A DNA stretch of 64,000 nucleotides. It comes from Tubiluchus corallicola (lineage: Eukaryota > Animalia > Priapulida). The stretch is from assembly GCA_030141605.1 (NCBI GenBank), contig JAQGDQ010000434.1, forward strand, positions 62,001-126,000, in the 5' to 3' direction. Below, piece by piece: positions 40,404 through 54,160 of this stretch (positions within the stretch are counted from its first letter, which is position 1; every line of letters starts with the position of its first letter). The position numbers were made by a program, and so were the translations under genes. The notes beneath the pieces are model-generated. The model was given only the letters and a program-made list of their open reading frames with translations, was not told where the DNA came from and made no database searches.

Positions 40404-43400
40404 CGCCTATAGTAATACCTTGTTTTTGAGATTGAGTTTTCCGCCACACCTTGCACACACCCTAAGTTGACAATAGTTACAAGTGTGCCCAATTCCATCT
40501 GCAAATTTCGTTTTGTTACATATTTGACAGATGAGTCCAGTATTGAGAGGATCTTCAGCTTTTTGCTGAGCAACTTTTTTCTGTATTGTGTCCACTTCAT
40601 CTTTGAGCTTTCTGCAAGTTAAAAATATTCATAGTAATAACTAAGTTACCGCCACAATAATTAATGCTGTCATTCCATAACTAATCATTACTATGTTTTC
40701 CATTTTCTGGCTGAGAAATAGCTACAGTTAATACTGTATGCCCCTAAGCTGTACATCAAATGACAATACAGCTCAGATACACAACAAAAATTTACGTACG
40801 TTATTAATTTAATACAAAAACCTGTTTGTCTTAAAAAAATGCTCCAAATAAAACAGCATGCTATTTGTAAAAAAAGGTCCTATATGGCATAGCATTGCTG
40901 CATGAAATGCACAAATGAAAGACAGTGATGTTCACCAATTAGACGACGAAAATCAGTAACCCATCATGCAAGTACTAATATATACTGGACAAGTTGGTTG
41001 TCCAACTTTTTAGTTGTAATAAGTAAGTGTCCAGATATTCCATTACACCATTTTATTTAAGCAAGTCTTGCAGTTTGTGGGTTTTGTCTTACCCCCTGGG
41101 TTGGGGTAACGAATTCAGCCAATCAGCACCATGCATTAGACTGAACCACGCAGTTTCTGCACTTATCATCCACGTGTCTGTTTCAACTAGCTAATGTTAA
41201 AAGCCTAAGTAAGGTGGCGAACTTGTGTGAGAAAATTTTGACCTTGCTTTAATGTCGCCAAGCCACCAAAATCTACCCACTCAAGATTCGTATTAAAGCT
41301 GAGTAAGTTTGGTTGCCTAAATCATTATGGGTTTTGTCACATTTGACAATAATTATCTGGTTGCCAGCCTCGACATGTAGTTTTTTATGGCCTGTTCTAC
41401 CCCAGCTGCTGCCATAACAGGAATTTGTTTAATATGACCACTGCCAACCTGTCAAGACCATTATTCGTTTAATCGTGGCACATGGTGCAGGCCATATAGC
41501 ATCATGTCACACAAGTGGTAATTACATTTCCCTAATAGTTTAACGGAAATGACTTCCAATGCCCAAGACGTGTTCAGCCGCAACAACACCATTACAGAAA
41601 TACTACACCCTAGTTAACATTAACCATCATGCCATTAAATAGGTTTTATCTCAGCAGTGCAACACAATAACGCAGATGATCCACGCGGGGGTAATGATGC
41701 AAGGGTTATGGAAACGCCACTTCGATTGTCAAGAGACAGTGTGCCATTATAATATTGTACACGAAGGACATGATTACATAAAAGCACTTGCAGTCGAGAC
41801 GTAACATTGCGCATATATTGACAGAAATAATATCATATTCGACGATTGCGTAGCACGTAATTATCGTTGCGGTGTACGTATTGTTAGTAGGATGCATTCA
41901 ACACCGTAATGCATAGCATGGCATGATTAGTGGGCATCGTATATCCCGTGTTGTTATATTAATGCTATCATTTCGTTATGCACGGTACGGTAAACTTGTA
42001 TATATCATATCAAAAGCCATGTGACGTCTGATGCTGCATATTCTCATTATTGATTCAAGAGATCAAAATTTAATGATCATCGTCCACTGTACCCTCTTAC
42101 GCGCGCCTCTTTAGTAAGCAAGCATGCTGGCTGCAGGCTTCCCGTTGTCCGCTCAATAACGTCAAGCCGATAAGTATGCGCAGCAACACAGCATGCCAGA
42201 CGCAAACACGTACAAATAGCAATACTTCATTTACAATGGGCAGACATTTTTACTACTAATCAACAACTGCAATACATAACTGAACACGGAATAGATACTG
42301 GTCAAGTTTTGGCCAGGTTTGCCTGAAGTTTTCAAGACAAATTTACCTCTTTTTTGTTAAACAGGCTAAAATTTTAAAAGAATCAACCGGCAATTGTTGA
42401 TTTTTAACTAAACTTTGAAGCAAGCGGCTTTGGACAGCCCTGTGTAATCCCTGTAAGCGTAAATTTGGTCCTAGTAACTTACAGTTATCAACTGATCCAG
42501 CATTTCCTAGTATTAGATTACTCGTGAAGTCATGTTATTACTATCTAATTATATTACGTTTAAACGTTTTCATTTAATTTTGAACCCAGACAGTGACCAA
42601 CAGTAGGTAATTACAATCATTACAGTTAAAATCTTTACAATTTGATTTCAATATCATCCTTATCAATTCTGGTACTTTCAAAAAGTTTGAAAAGACCTTT
42701 CAAACATCTCATCTCTGACTTTGACAAAGTTTCACAAAAAGGTCCCAAGTACAAGTCTTTATACTGCGTAGCGCAGACTCAAAACAAAACTTTTAGAATA
42801 GCATATTGAAATATTGCAAAACTCATATTGCAATAAACTGCAAAAATTAATTTATCTATATATAAATGAGACTTCTGGACATAACAAAAATTATAACTGT
42901 TATAACAATGTAGCAGTGCCCTCAGTGATACACAGAATGAGCTTTAAGAATGTAGAGTGATGTGAGACCACAAAATTTGTTTGAAAAAATTCAGCATTTG
43001 TGTCAGCTCATTGTATCATTCTATTTGAATAATGCCCCTCAAGGCTTAAAAAATAGAAAAACCATAAATTAGGCACGAAAGTTACTTACAGAAAGAGTCA
43101 TATTTCTATTTACACTTTAGTGTAGTTGCACGAGACCATCCCAAGCTAATCAGTTTATGAAAAAATTAAAATCATTTAAACTTAATTTTGCTCAAGAAAG
43201 TTTATAATTTTTCATAAATCATACCTTTCTTTATTTTAATACAATAGAACATTACTTGGCTTATGATGTGTGAACGTACTGCCTAACTCTGATGGCTGAT
43301 ACCATAGGGGTTAAACAGGAATGCAAAAAATACATGCAAATTCAAAATAAACTCTTTCAATTTTAGTAGTATTATGGGAATATTTCAAAAGTGTGCAAGT

Positions 43401-46400
43401 GTGCAGGTTATTTCAATTATTACAGTAAACAGGAAGGTTAAGGGATTTTCCCACTGACTCCAAGACTACACGAAAAAGCTCGTAAAACCAAAATCCCTAG
43501 ATTCACTGCAGGTATGAGTAGAACACATATGATCTTTCCTGTAGGAGTGATGAGTGACCCTTTCTTATAAACAGGTCTGTAACAGCTTCACTCTTGCTTG
43601 TCGGGTGTTTGCAGATCTCTAGTAAGTTGACTTTGTAGTCTGTAGTATGGCAATGTCCAGCACTCAGTGGCAAAGCGGCCAAGCCGACAGTTGTGGCAGA
43701 ACCGATATCTAACTGTTTGACAAGAGTTACTAATCCACACAATATGATCAAAATTTATGCAGGATTATGACGTCATTGTCGCCATCGTCATTGTTACTGC
43801 TTTCGCATTAATACTGCAATTTACATTTTTTGGCTAATTTAAGATGACTATAAAGGCCACAAGATACATTTTTTATGTTTTAGTTTGATGACTTTATAAA
43901 CTTAAAACCAAATTAGACACCGTCAAACTTGTTTGAAATTTTTGTCTTGATATAAGCGAATAAATGTTAAAAACTTTAGATTACATTTGCTATTAAACTA
44001 AATACGTGTAATGAAATTTTATGGGAACTCGCGGTCCAGGTTCGGAGCCCGGCAACCGCAAAATGGAATCCTGAATTCTCTAGCAACTATTGGTATTTGT
44101 TTATTCCAAGGTACTGATGTCTATACTGCCTACATTGTCCTGAGGAATCCCGGAAGTGTAGATGAAAATGTGAAGTAGCAATAAAAAAGCTGAAGCCGAA
44201 ATGAAAATGTGAGATTTTATTTAACCACTAATTATTAATTCTTCATATCTTATAGTACTAACATTTGAATTTCAATACCACGTGAGACTTTTCGTTTCAA
44301 TGTAGACAATCGTTGCTGCAAACAAGCGCGTAATTTCGTAAACGGAAGCTTTCCTACACAAAATGCGTTGAAGCTGTACTATGATTTATCTTTAGTGACG
44401 TCATGATGTCATAGAGCCATTCCTATCGATCGCCATCTGACTGCGCGCTTGCTGTACAGCAAGTCTACGGTCATTTTGCCAAACCCGGCAGTATGAGATA
44501 ACTAAACCGTTGGTGAAAATTGTGGTACAGTACTTAGAGAGAACAAACAGGAAATAAATTATACGCACCTCACTAACAAAGAGAAACCCATTTTCTATGT
44601 ATTTGCATCATGAATAGAGACTACATTCACTTCAAGTCTTATTTATTTATTAATTACGCCATTATTATTAATTGAGCCTACTCTATTGGAAATAGTTGTA
44701 ATCTACTAACAGTAACAACAAGCATTGACGCATGTAACATGATGCCACATAACATAGTGTATGACTAACATGAGTGTTCTATGGCTAGTACGAGTGCTAG
44801 ACTGTAATTCGCTAGTAGCTATTAGTAAGTAATTTTACCGTGATTTTAGTAAGTAGACCTAGTCGACGGCGCCTCCATATACTACTTCTGCTGCTCTCCC
44901 TACTACTATTACTGCTGTTGCTGTTGTTGCCGACGCTGCTGGTGCAGTATCATTACTACTATTACGACTACTACTACCACCACTATTATTACCACTGCCA
45001 CTACTGGCTGTAGGTCAACGGACCACCAGTTAGACGGATGGACAAGGACTACCAGTGGACGTGTTGACAGCAGCTTTAGTAAAATTGCAACTTTGATCTA
45101 TCCTTTTGGGAAAAAGTTTTTGGGAAAGCTTTTAATTTATAAAAACACGTTTTGTAACAGATGGTGCCACGTAAATAACATGCTGCTGCTTACGTGTTAG
45201 AATTCTAAAAAGAAAACAATAACAAGTCATTTGTTGTCATTGGGAAATGTCTTAATGTTTGGGTATTTCTTGTAAGAAAGAATATTACGCTCTCTGTCTC
45301 ATCTTAATTAGTGTTTATCAGGGACAGGTTCTGAAATAATGCACCCTCATCATTGCAATCAAAATTTCATGCAGGTGTGCCACACAGTGCGTACGATTTC
45401 TTTGTTGCATGAACACCTTGGCTCCAAAGGACTGGCGCTTTTTGTCTAATGGTAATTAGCGAAGAACGGCCGGTTAAAGGTAAGACTTTAACGAATAAGG
45501 TCATTCAAAGCAAATGAAAATTATTCTCTTGAAGTGTTTTGTTCAAAATAAAAATGAAATCACTTGCCATGTACACATCAGGATACTATTTCTAAACATG
45601 TTTCGTTAAATAATGTTAAACTTAATATTTTTTATACATCTTAAAATATTTTAAAGATTTAAATTTTATTTTTTTCAAAATTTTTAATGTTCTTTAAAAT
45701 ATAGCACCATCGAATTATCCGATGCATATAAACACTATTCGGCTACATGAGTAGTAAGATACTGAAAAATAAAATAATGCAGACCTTTACAGTTCAACGT
45801 CTTTAAATTGCTAACAAAAATAACTCAATACAAAACAAAATGTATGATTTTTCTTTGACTTTTGCCTGGTGGTCCTTTGTCTTTTCAGGTGAACCTTTGA
45901 CCAGTGATCCTTTGCCCGTAGTACTCCTTTGTCTGGTGTTCTTATGACCGGCGGTCCTTTGACCATCCTACCACTACTACGACTACGACTGCTACCACCA
46001 CTACTACCACTTGCACAACCATTACGACTACCACTACTAGTAGTCTACTACTACAAAGTACTACTACCGGTACTACCACTAACTATTTCCAGTATAGTCT
46101 GAGAGCACAGCTCAAAAATGGGTTTGTTCTGCGAAGTCAGCTTGGTAACCAGTTTTTAACTATATGAGAAGACAGAGTATTCTTTGGTGCTTACTGCCTG
46201 GGTAGTACTGATTTTCAGGTAGAGGTTGTTTTCTTGAAAGGCAAATGTCTATAGATTAAAAAAACTGAGGGCAAGCTTGGAGTGGTAACGTACGCAATAA
46301 AACTAATTACTGTCCGAAGTTTGAGGATGTGAACATGACTGAACAAAATTTATGGGATGAGAAAAATATGAAGTATTATACTTTTATGAAAGTTACGGGC

Positions 46401-49400
46401 TTAATTTCTATGTATAAATGACCAGTCAAAAAATTGGGAATTTTGCGTCTTACATGATTATGTCATTTACGTGCCAGTATGTTAATTAAGTGGGCCATCA
46501 GGCAAAAGGTCGCAAAATTTGAACCCCACTCAACATCTGACTAAAAGTGTAACACCATAGGTACGCGGCCACAGTTAAATTTCACAGGCAAAATAGGCTT
46601 AGGCAGCAGCTACACGTGTCCAAGTTATGTGTATGTCAAGAGGTATGGGGCGTATTTGTAATTGTATGCGGTCAAGGCACAAAAGGAAAGAAACGTTTAC
46701 ACGGTACATTTTGTGATGTTATCTCACGTATATTTATGCTTTAAGAGAAGAAAATTTTACCTAAATTACTCTGAACTTTGAGCTTGCACAGCTAACTCAT
46801 GGTTGCACAGATGGACAATCACGGTAATTATTAAAATGAAATTTTACAAATTTTCGTTTGGAGTTCGATGACCAGGGGTATGAGAAAGCGCCCCATTCAA
46901 TCTAACTGCAGTGAAAATAGGTTTTATACTCACTTTTTTGAAGTAACTTTACAGGTCTTAACTATACACGTTTGCATAAGAAGTAATAATTGTTATATTT
47001 AAAATGGCGCCAAATTGTCAATGGTCCTCTCCAGTGCACACGGGTGCCTAAGTTTATTTGTTGCCGCCCATAAACAGTAACCATGGAAACCAGAGCATTA
47101 CTAGTCGTTTTATAAGATGTGCTGTTGTCACACCTTACTTGCCACATATGCCTAGTAATTTAAAATATAATTTACCACAAGCTGGTTGCCATGGCAATTG
47201 TTTATCTTAGCAGCCACGCTGTCACTGCATTTTTGTGAGCATTTGTTAGAGCCAACTCATGGTTACCATATACGAGTAAAAATAGTAGATTTAAATGTCG
47301 CACAAAAAAAGGCAAATGTCTGGCAAAAAAGGATAACATCTTATCACAAGTAACAGCATATATTATATTTTAATTTATATAAAACCCACAATATTAATCG
47401 ATTATTAATGCATAATATATTATAAGTATCTTTATAATAGTATGAATCACTGTACCACTAACTACAGTAAGCGAGAAATGTACTTTTCCACCACGCCTGT
47501 TTCTTCCATTTAATTTCACTTCGTGGTGGACACTGAACTTATATGAAATTTATTCACTTCGCAAGACCATTGATATGACCAAGACAATTCTGGGACCACT
47601 TATATACAAAAACAATAAAGTATGATAATCTCGCTGTAACATAGGGCTTTAATAAACCTTGTTAGTAAATCTCTTAACGTAAGTGTGAAAGAACTGAAAC
47701 GAGAAATTAAAACTTTCAAACAAAATTCCAGAGATATAAAAAACATGAAACTTAAAGCTTTGTTGAAACGTTTGAAGGAAAATGCATTAGTCACAAGTGA
47801 ACAATGCACACTTCATCACAAAATTTCGGCTTTGTTAGTGAAAGGTATGCAACGAAACAGGTATAGCAATGAAATAATTTATTTTTAGATTAGCTATTTA
47901 TTTTCTGTTTTACCAAAGTAGTTACATCAGCAATATAAATTACTGTTTGCGGGACAGCACCAAATGAACTTAGGCGTCCAATTTACATACACAATAGGAC
48001 TTTTGATGATTTGGCGCCATTTAAAATTTAACAATTATTATTACTGCTTGTGCAAAGTTAAGACCTAAAAAGTCAAAAATAAGTAATTAATGCAAAAAAC
48101 TGCTTTGCCTATATAGATCAGCAATTTCTGTCACCAATGTCCCAATGCCATCACACTCCGAATGAAATTTAGTACAAAGTATCATTTTAATAATTACTGT
48201 GGTTGTCTATAGACATGTGTTGTCACTTTGCTGTGTACTTTATAGTTTTTTAAGGTCAAAGTCTAGGGGAATTTAGGAAATATTTCCATAAAGCATAAAT
48301 ATTTGTGAGAAATCACATCAAAAATATTCCATGTGCAACTCATTTGTTTAGTGACATGATCACATAATTACACACTATACTTCTTGGAATACGCACATAA
48401 CTTGAACATTTGATAGCTGCTGTTTGAGGCGTTCAAATTTGGGACCCTTTGCTGGCCCACTTAATACATAGATCGCAGAACGTCAAGCGGGGTCCTCGAT
48501 TGTTCGATTACTCGATTGTTGGGGGATTCACTCACATGCCCAGCCACATTTGCACTTAAAGCCTGTGCGAAATATACAGCTAAAGCATGTGTTCTTGATT
48601 ATTTTTGCTTTTTTCTTGCCATAAAAGACCTTGTGCAGCCAAAATTCGTTAATAGTAGTGAAGAATGGTGAAGCGTTGTGCTTGAGGCACGTGAAATGTG
48701 TATGTTCGCTATTCAGAAAGATTAGAAGGAGTTCGGCTTACAAGTTTCTCCAACCCAAAGAAGACTTAGACAAGTGTCACGTTTGGGTCAGACCATGCGG
48801 TGCCATGAACACCTCAAACCATTAACAATTAATAAAAATCGTGCTGTCTGCTCAGAGAAGTTTTCCAATGTTTTATTATTACACTGTACTACAATTTATT
48901 ACAAAAATCAACAGGAAATAGCTACAGAAAAAGAATAATGCAAACGCAGGCTGCATAAACGGGGCATTGAAAACAATATAAACGGTTTTATCTATTCTGC
49001 ACCCCCCCCAAAAAAAACGCATCCGCATCCGCATGCTGTATAAACGCCACTTTATTCCACAATGCAACGAGGCATTCCTGTACAATAAACGCCTGAGACA
49101 AGCAACGATGCATTATTATTACACGCAGCTATCAAGAAAGATTAAGATCACTTATTGTCATTGCATCACATGATTTAAATCAAAGCTGAAATAAGTCAGC
49201 AATATAGTATGTTACAATTCATAAATGATGAGAGATGAATTAAAACTATAATAAACTAGAAGAAATCGTGAAAAAGGCACTAATTCTGGCAGCGTTTTTT
49301 CTAAAAGAGAGCAAGACAGCCAATTGTATTAATTTGACTACGCTGAATCTGAAAAACAGTGCACTGCGTGAAAAATTGGCGGAAAAGAGACAAAAACAAA

Positions 49401-50485
49401 ATGGCTGGCAAGTTTTTGCACAAACTATATAAATCAAAAGATAACTCCATAAAATTTACATTAAGAAGTGATTTTGGCATCTATTCCAGGTTAACTAACT
49501 GGACCTAAACAATCCATTTCTGTTACTTTCATAAATGTATCATAAATAGCTTGAACAGTCACCACATTCCAATGGAACGTTGCTGCATCCACAGCTATAG
49601 TCTTTTTTATAGTGTCCACAATGACGACGATGCCTATCAACGCTGATTACTAGAGGCCCATTCTTGGAATATGTCCAACTAGGGAGGTGTAATTATCCAA
49701 CAAAATCAAAATAGAGAAAGCTACAGCACAGGGGTTTTAAAGCAACCTTGGAAACATTTACTACCAGTATGTAAATAGTTTAAAATAAAAAAACATTGAG
49801 ATTAAGTTGTTTTGTAACTATCTACTAGTACCATACCCTACTAGTAATTATATTAGTCACTTCCCCAAGACATTTCTCATACACAATAAGGCAGCTTGAG
49901 GCTCGTAAAATCGTGAGGCCTTGGACAACTGCTACTGCCCAGTGTGCCCAAACCTTATGGCAGCCCTGACCAGGTACATGACTGTGGGTGAAAGGTTAGC
50001 CCACACGAAATAACAAAAACAAAGAAACTGAAAGTACAAGACTGATGTGCACACTGCACTCTCCAGCACCTCGATGTCTGTACTTCAGTAATAATTACAC
50101 GTATAAAAAAAGGATGTTGGTATGTTAACGAAGACAAAGTGATTATTAAATTGATCAGCACCTTGATTAGCTAATACTGAACTGTATGCCTAATCGCCTA
50201 TTCTATACTTTTTAAACTCTGGGCATGTACAGTAGTCTTCTTATTAAAACATTAAACTAAAGATTACCATCGCCCATTACGTAATACGAGTTATGATGTC
50301 ATACTCATAGTCATACTTGTTAATACAACACATGCGACAGATAATATATTTTACCGCAAAACGTCGTTTTCCCTGGTCTCCTCTTCGTGTTGGCGACGCA
50401 ACACATCCTCTATAATTTTTCGTTCCTCATCGGTTAAATGCGAAAGATCAGGCATAGGCGGCAAAGATGGTCCTCTCGCCGACAT
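17632..50485 (-). CDS. RIM: RIM (regulating synaptic membrane exocytosis protein, RIMS1/2 / unc-10 orthologue); complete, 21 coding exons
   Basis: Exons in transcript order: 50485-50355, 40611-40419, 36557-34997, 34503-34298, 33086-32870, 32544-32421, 32218-32184, 30817-30681, 30158-30025, 28524-28365, 27631-27533, 25753-25621, 23790-23638, 23373-23172, 23036-22937, 21496-21252, 20804-20542, 19924-19774, 19125-18905, 18785-18646, 17859-17632 (TAA); all phases are compatible. Domains: Rab-binding helix MPDLSHLTDEERKII, zinc finger (CQIC, CNYC, CARC, CNLC; KTKFADG), LRNDSLSSDQSECVRPPPPKPH, PDZ (LGLKVVGGK..GAFITKVKKGSIADTVGHLRPGDEVLEWNG), C2A (RNPY..LPDR..RRTKT), RIM-BP-binding RQLPQIP, C2B (GLGPGQLVGRQ..APYVKVYL..WGDYGR..GWYKLF). 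Linker exons are less certain than domain exons. Confidence 0.95.
17991..18482. mobile_element. Non-autonomous TIR element (~490 bp) in the last RIM intron
   Basis: Termini TCTCGGTTTGCCGGA and TCTGGCACACCGAGA (13/15 inverted match), flanked by TA on both sides. Confidence 0.55.
20989..21058. repeat. Perfect 70-bp palindrome without spacer
   Basis: ATGACCAGGGCCGGCTGAAGATAATAAATAATATA followed directly by its exact reverse complement. Confidence 0.95.
40352..40402. repeat. (AT)n microsatellite, ~25 units
   Basis: Uninterrupted dinucleotide run about 16 nt inside the intron after RIM exon 2. Confidence 0.95.
45006..45968. mobile_element. Non-autonomous DNA-transposon-like element with inverted subterminal repeats, embedded in (ACT/ACC)n-rich simple repeat
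   Basis: The left end carries GGTCAACGGACCACCAG-type units and the right end carries several inverted copies (e.g. CTGGTGGTCCTTTG, CGGCGGTCCTTTGACC). Trinucleotide-rich flanks at ~44880-45005 and ~45969-46085. Confidence 0.55.
46490..48460. mobile_element. ~2 kb foldback-type element with ~550-600 bp degenerate inverted arms, flanked by TTAA
   Basis: TTAA|GTGGGCCA ... TGGCCCAC|TTAA. Colinear inverted blocks: CAAGTTATGTG/CACATAACTTG, TATTTATGCTTTA/TAAAGCATAAATA, GTAATTATTAAAATGA/TCATTTTAATAATTAC, AAATGGCGCCAAAT/ATTTGGCGCCATTT. No transposase ORF. Confidence 0.75.
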
Positions 50486-50990
50486 GATATAGAGACAAGC
50501 TGATTATCGATCCGAATGGCAGGTTTCAACGAATCCACACTAGCTTTCCAACCAGGAATATTGTCGCACTTAATGCTCCACGCTCGACACCATTTTCTGC
50601 GAAGCATATTCATATGCAATCCAATTTACTCAGCGAGACCTTCGCACATTGTCACTACCTTGCCAGTCCGTATTTCACTCGTCACAAAAATGGCCGACCG
50701 AAGAAGTGAATAACCACAGAAACTGTACATTCATTATGTATGAAAATTAATAATTCATCTACGTTGCTGAGGAATTCGAACCAATTAAAGCACGTCTTGC
50801 TTATGACGTAATTGTTCGGACGGCCAGGATTCTGCGCGGTGCGAGTGATGTTGTAGACGTCATTTCAACAAACGCGTTAGGCAGCACCCGACAATGACTC
50901 GAGGTTAAAACATCGTATGAGCTTGCCGACTCCTTATTGTTCCAGCTAGTATTGGGAGAGTGGTATAAGGCAACAGCAATGACGTTGCCC
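50290..50990. promoter_or_regulatory. CpG-rich region around RIM exon 1; putative promoter
   Basis: Visibly higher CG density than the flanking introns; spans the RIM start codon; YY1-like AAAATGGCCG at ~50687. Confidence 0.4.
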
Positions 50991-51652
50991 CATCTGTGTA
51001 CATTCAAATAGGCAAAGTGTCCTTCAACAGTTAAATTTGTATACAAAAAGGCACGTTTAATTCATTTAACAAGCCCAAATTATGTCTTACTAAAACTGTA
51101 AAATTTTGTTTTTTAAATGATTTTATTATTACTTTCGCTTAAAAAATAAACTTAATGTTATCATTGACAATTTATGTGAGTTTAATTTGATGGGCCATAA
51201 GATCTAACTCTCATGAGATATTATTCCATTCGTTCCCTACTCTCATATAGTAAATGAATATTAACGACAGTCGAGCCGTAACCGGTCTAAAAAAAGTTTT
51301 AATCTATGTCTCTAGTTTTTGAATGAACAACTAAAGGAAATATTTGAGCAAAATGTTTCCTTTCCTAGTCAGTATTTTACAAACTTCGATGAGCTCTCCG
51401 TGATGTCTTCTCTCTCAGTCATTCTAAATATGAAAGTTTTTGAAACCAAATATTATTCTTGTAGCAGGCTGTTGCGTGATTCCATAAGAATATATCTTTC
51501 CGATAATGGGGATTTCAAAACTGCACACAGTATTCTAGATGAGGTCTATAACCTATGTATAATTTTATTAATTTCAATAAATTGCCGTTGCTGCTGCTGT
51601 AGGCTAACTGTTGCTCCTGCTGTTATTGTTGTTGCTGATGTTGCCTACTAGC

Positions 51653-51790
51653 TGGGATGAGCAAACGCTACTACAGAAGTCGAATTTGAATTGAACCGAA
51701 TTTTTTGCTTTGAAATTCAAATTGTTTCGATTGCAAAATTTCACATCCGAATCCGGTATTAAATATATTCGAATAAATTTCAAATCAACA
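51653..51790 (+). mobile_element. Partial end of the TTCGAA-rich MITE family also seen at 56.3-57.2 kb
   Basis: TGGGATGAGCA terminus followed by GAATTGAACCGAAT, shared with ~56297. Confidence 0.45.
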
Positions 51791-54088
51791 ATAGAGATAA
51801 TATCAATATAATAATGTGCGCAAAAAACTCAGTTTTCTTTCTGGGATGACGATGTCTCTGCACGTGTGGCATATTGCAGCTGTTTACTACTAAGAATTTT
51901 AACGATTGATCTGCGTAGCTAAAATTTAATAGCTAAATTGAGAATCACAATGAAAGTAGTTTCGCGCACTAGGCACTGTGCAGTCTACCGAATATACATT
52001 TTTTTACTGCTCGATATATTGGAGATGTAGTTGTTGTTTTGCATGTTTTAAATTTACACTTTATCGCACATCTTGCAGTGCAGTACATGTCGTGCATTAA
52101 GTTTCTTCTGATGACTCGTTGAACTTAAAAGGATCCAATTGCTTGCTTCTACATACCTTGCTAACAACGCAAATATTTTCTAAGTTACTATTAAAAATAT
52201 ATACAGCAATGCAGACGACCGCCAACAGTGCCCAACACTGATCCACTAACTCTATGCACTGATAAAATCAACCTTCGCTTAGTTTTGCAGTAGTTCGCAA
52301 AGATCGTGCATATTGCTTCTGTTCTACCGTAAAAACTCAAATTAGAATTCTGCCTGCCCAATGTCTACAATAGACATGACGGGCGTCTGGTGATGATGAT
52401 CAAATAATTTTCTGCCACATCTTTTTTATATTACTTAGTTTACCATCTTTGTTACTTATAATGGCATGTAAACTAGTCTCTATAGGTATGAGATAATTAA
52501 TTATTTTGTATGTGAACAACTCCGCCGCAGCTCTTCCCACACGGATATGCATTTTGATGACTCGCAGATTTTTAAGCAAAAATAATGGTAGCTCCTTCGT
52601 TCCAGAATATAACTGACTGTACATTAGAATGCAGAAAATAAATAGGCTTAATTAAAGTGTGCTTTTAAGTCTAAGGTTTCATTTTATTTATTAAAAGCAA
52701 CCACAACAACCATTACAGCATAGCATTTTATGAATTGGTAATAACTCTTTGATTATGTACCAGTGGCGTAGTGGGAGGTTTGGCCGCTCCCTTCCTTAAA
52801 CGTAACACGGCTCTGACTGCTACACGACACTGACGCACTACATACGGCTTGATGAATGCTCTTGTTTTTTAAGACAGTGGCTGAGGTACAGTTCTGTGCT
52901 GAACTCTTCTCTGCGATACGCATGGATACGTGTTCGCAGCTATTTCTAGAACAAATATGTATTCGCACTTTGTGTGGCATTCACAAAACCTACGGATCTT
53001 ATTCATTTTATATCACCACTGACCTTGCTTCCCGCTAGGTGGCATTTCCACTTTAGAGACAACATACATAAATATAAAATGCAAGAGAGAAAACTTGTGA
53101 TTAAACAACTAACGGAGGCTTGTCAAGAGAGACAACTATGGGCAAAGAGCCTACCTATAGGCTTCTCCCTGTCGATATGTAATTTTAATATGAGCGAAGC
53201 GATTATGTTCTGTATGTATCCACTTTGCGATCTGTTTGACCACCGGATGGCTCCACATGTTTTTGTTAACTGTATGTTATGGCATCTTACAGTTAGAGCT
53301 ATCGGTAAAAATATTCTAATTTTATTTATTATCAACTATTTAGTGCACTGTTATAAGTTTTTTCGCTGTTGGTTTTCGTGTCTTGTCGTTAGTTTTTCAG
53401 AATTTTGTTCGTATCGTTCCTGTATTATTGCAAATGCCTAAAATTAAATTCCTTTCATTTGTATATTGAATAGCAGTCATGAATTCGTGTATTTCGTTCA
53501 TGTATCGTGTACTGGTAGCCTATTTGCTTTGGGATGGTTAGATGTTGAATAGCGGTAAGTCAGTCGGAAACACTTGACCCCAGGGAGAAATTTTAAATCT
53601 AAATTGCTCTAACAAAATAATATTGGCTTTTCGTCCATGCTTTGTTCTGGATTGTTATTGTAATGTTATTAGAACTCTGTGCATTTTAGGGTTATTCTGT
53701 TTTGAAAAGGGTAGGTGTATCTACCGTGTAAATTAAAAAAGAAATTTAATTTCATAAACTGTGTTAAATAATTAGCATCATAAAAGTATAGTGCTGAAAA
53801 ATTTGTTAGATGGCAATTGAAAATGGTGTAGGATTGAGAAAACCAAGCATCACAAGGGGGAGAACTTTACGTCTGTGACCTTAGACTTTGAAAGCTTCTG
53901 TTATAAATGTATGCATGAAATAAGTGTTCATGCTTATAGTAACCTTCCAAACCTCAATACCTAGGTTTGCAATGCTTGGTACTACCTTTATATTTTGATA
54001 GATTACAATAACACCACAGTTAAATTCTAAAATAAAAAATATATAGTATTTCTTCTTCATGTATATATATTATCTCTCTATAATGCTA

Positions 54089-54160
54089 GGTGGTATAGTG
54101 TAGTAATAACGTGACCGCTTTCCATCTGGAATGTCATGAGTTCGATACTGCAGTTGGGTC
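54089..54160 (+). mobile_element. Degenerate tRNA-derived SINE head (putative)
   Basis: A-box-like TAGTGTAGTAA, TTCCA at the anticodon-loop position, B-box-like GAGTTCGATAC; stems are not intact. Confidence 0.35.

Noticed and set aside
40225-40600. ORFs containing YIYIYI runs
   Set aside because: Translation of the (AT)n microsatellite.
43503-43751. 82-aa ORF in RIM intron 1, a possible nested gene
   Set aside because: No motifs, no partner exons and a non-ATG start.
52761-52790. CAGTGGCGTA TIR-like end (with a CACGCCACTG at ~62738)
   Set aside because: Isolated ends about 10 kb apart with no matching TSD; no support for one element carrying ALG13.
54089-54160. Possible tRNA gene
   Set aside because: Acceptor and T stems do not pair; kept only as a possible SINE head.
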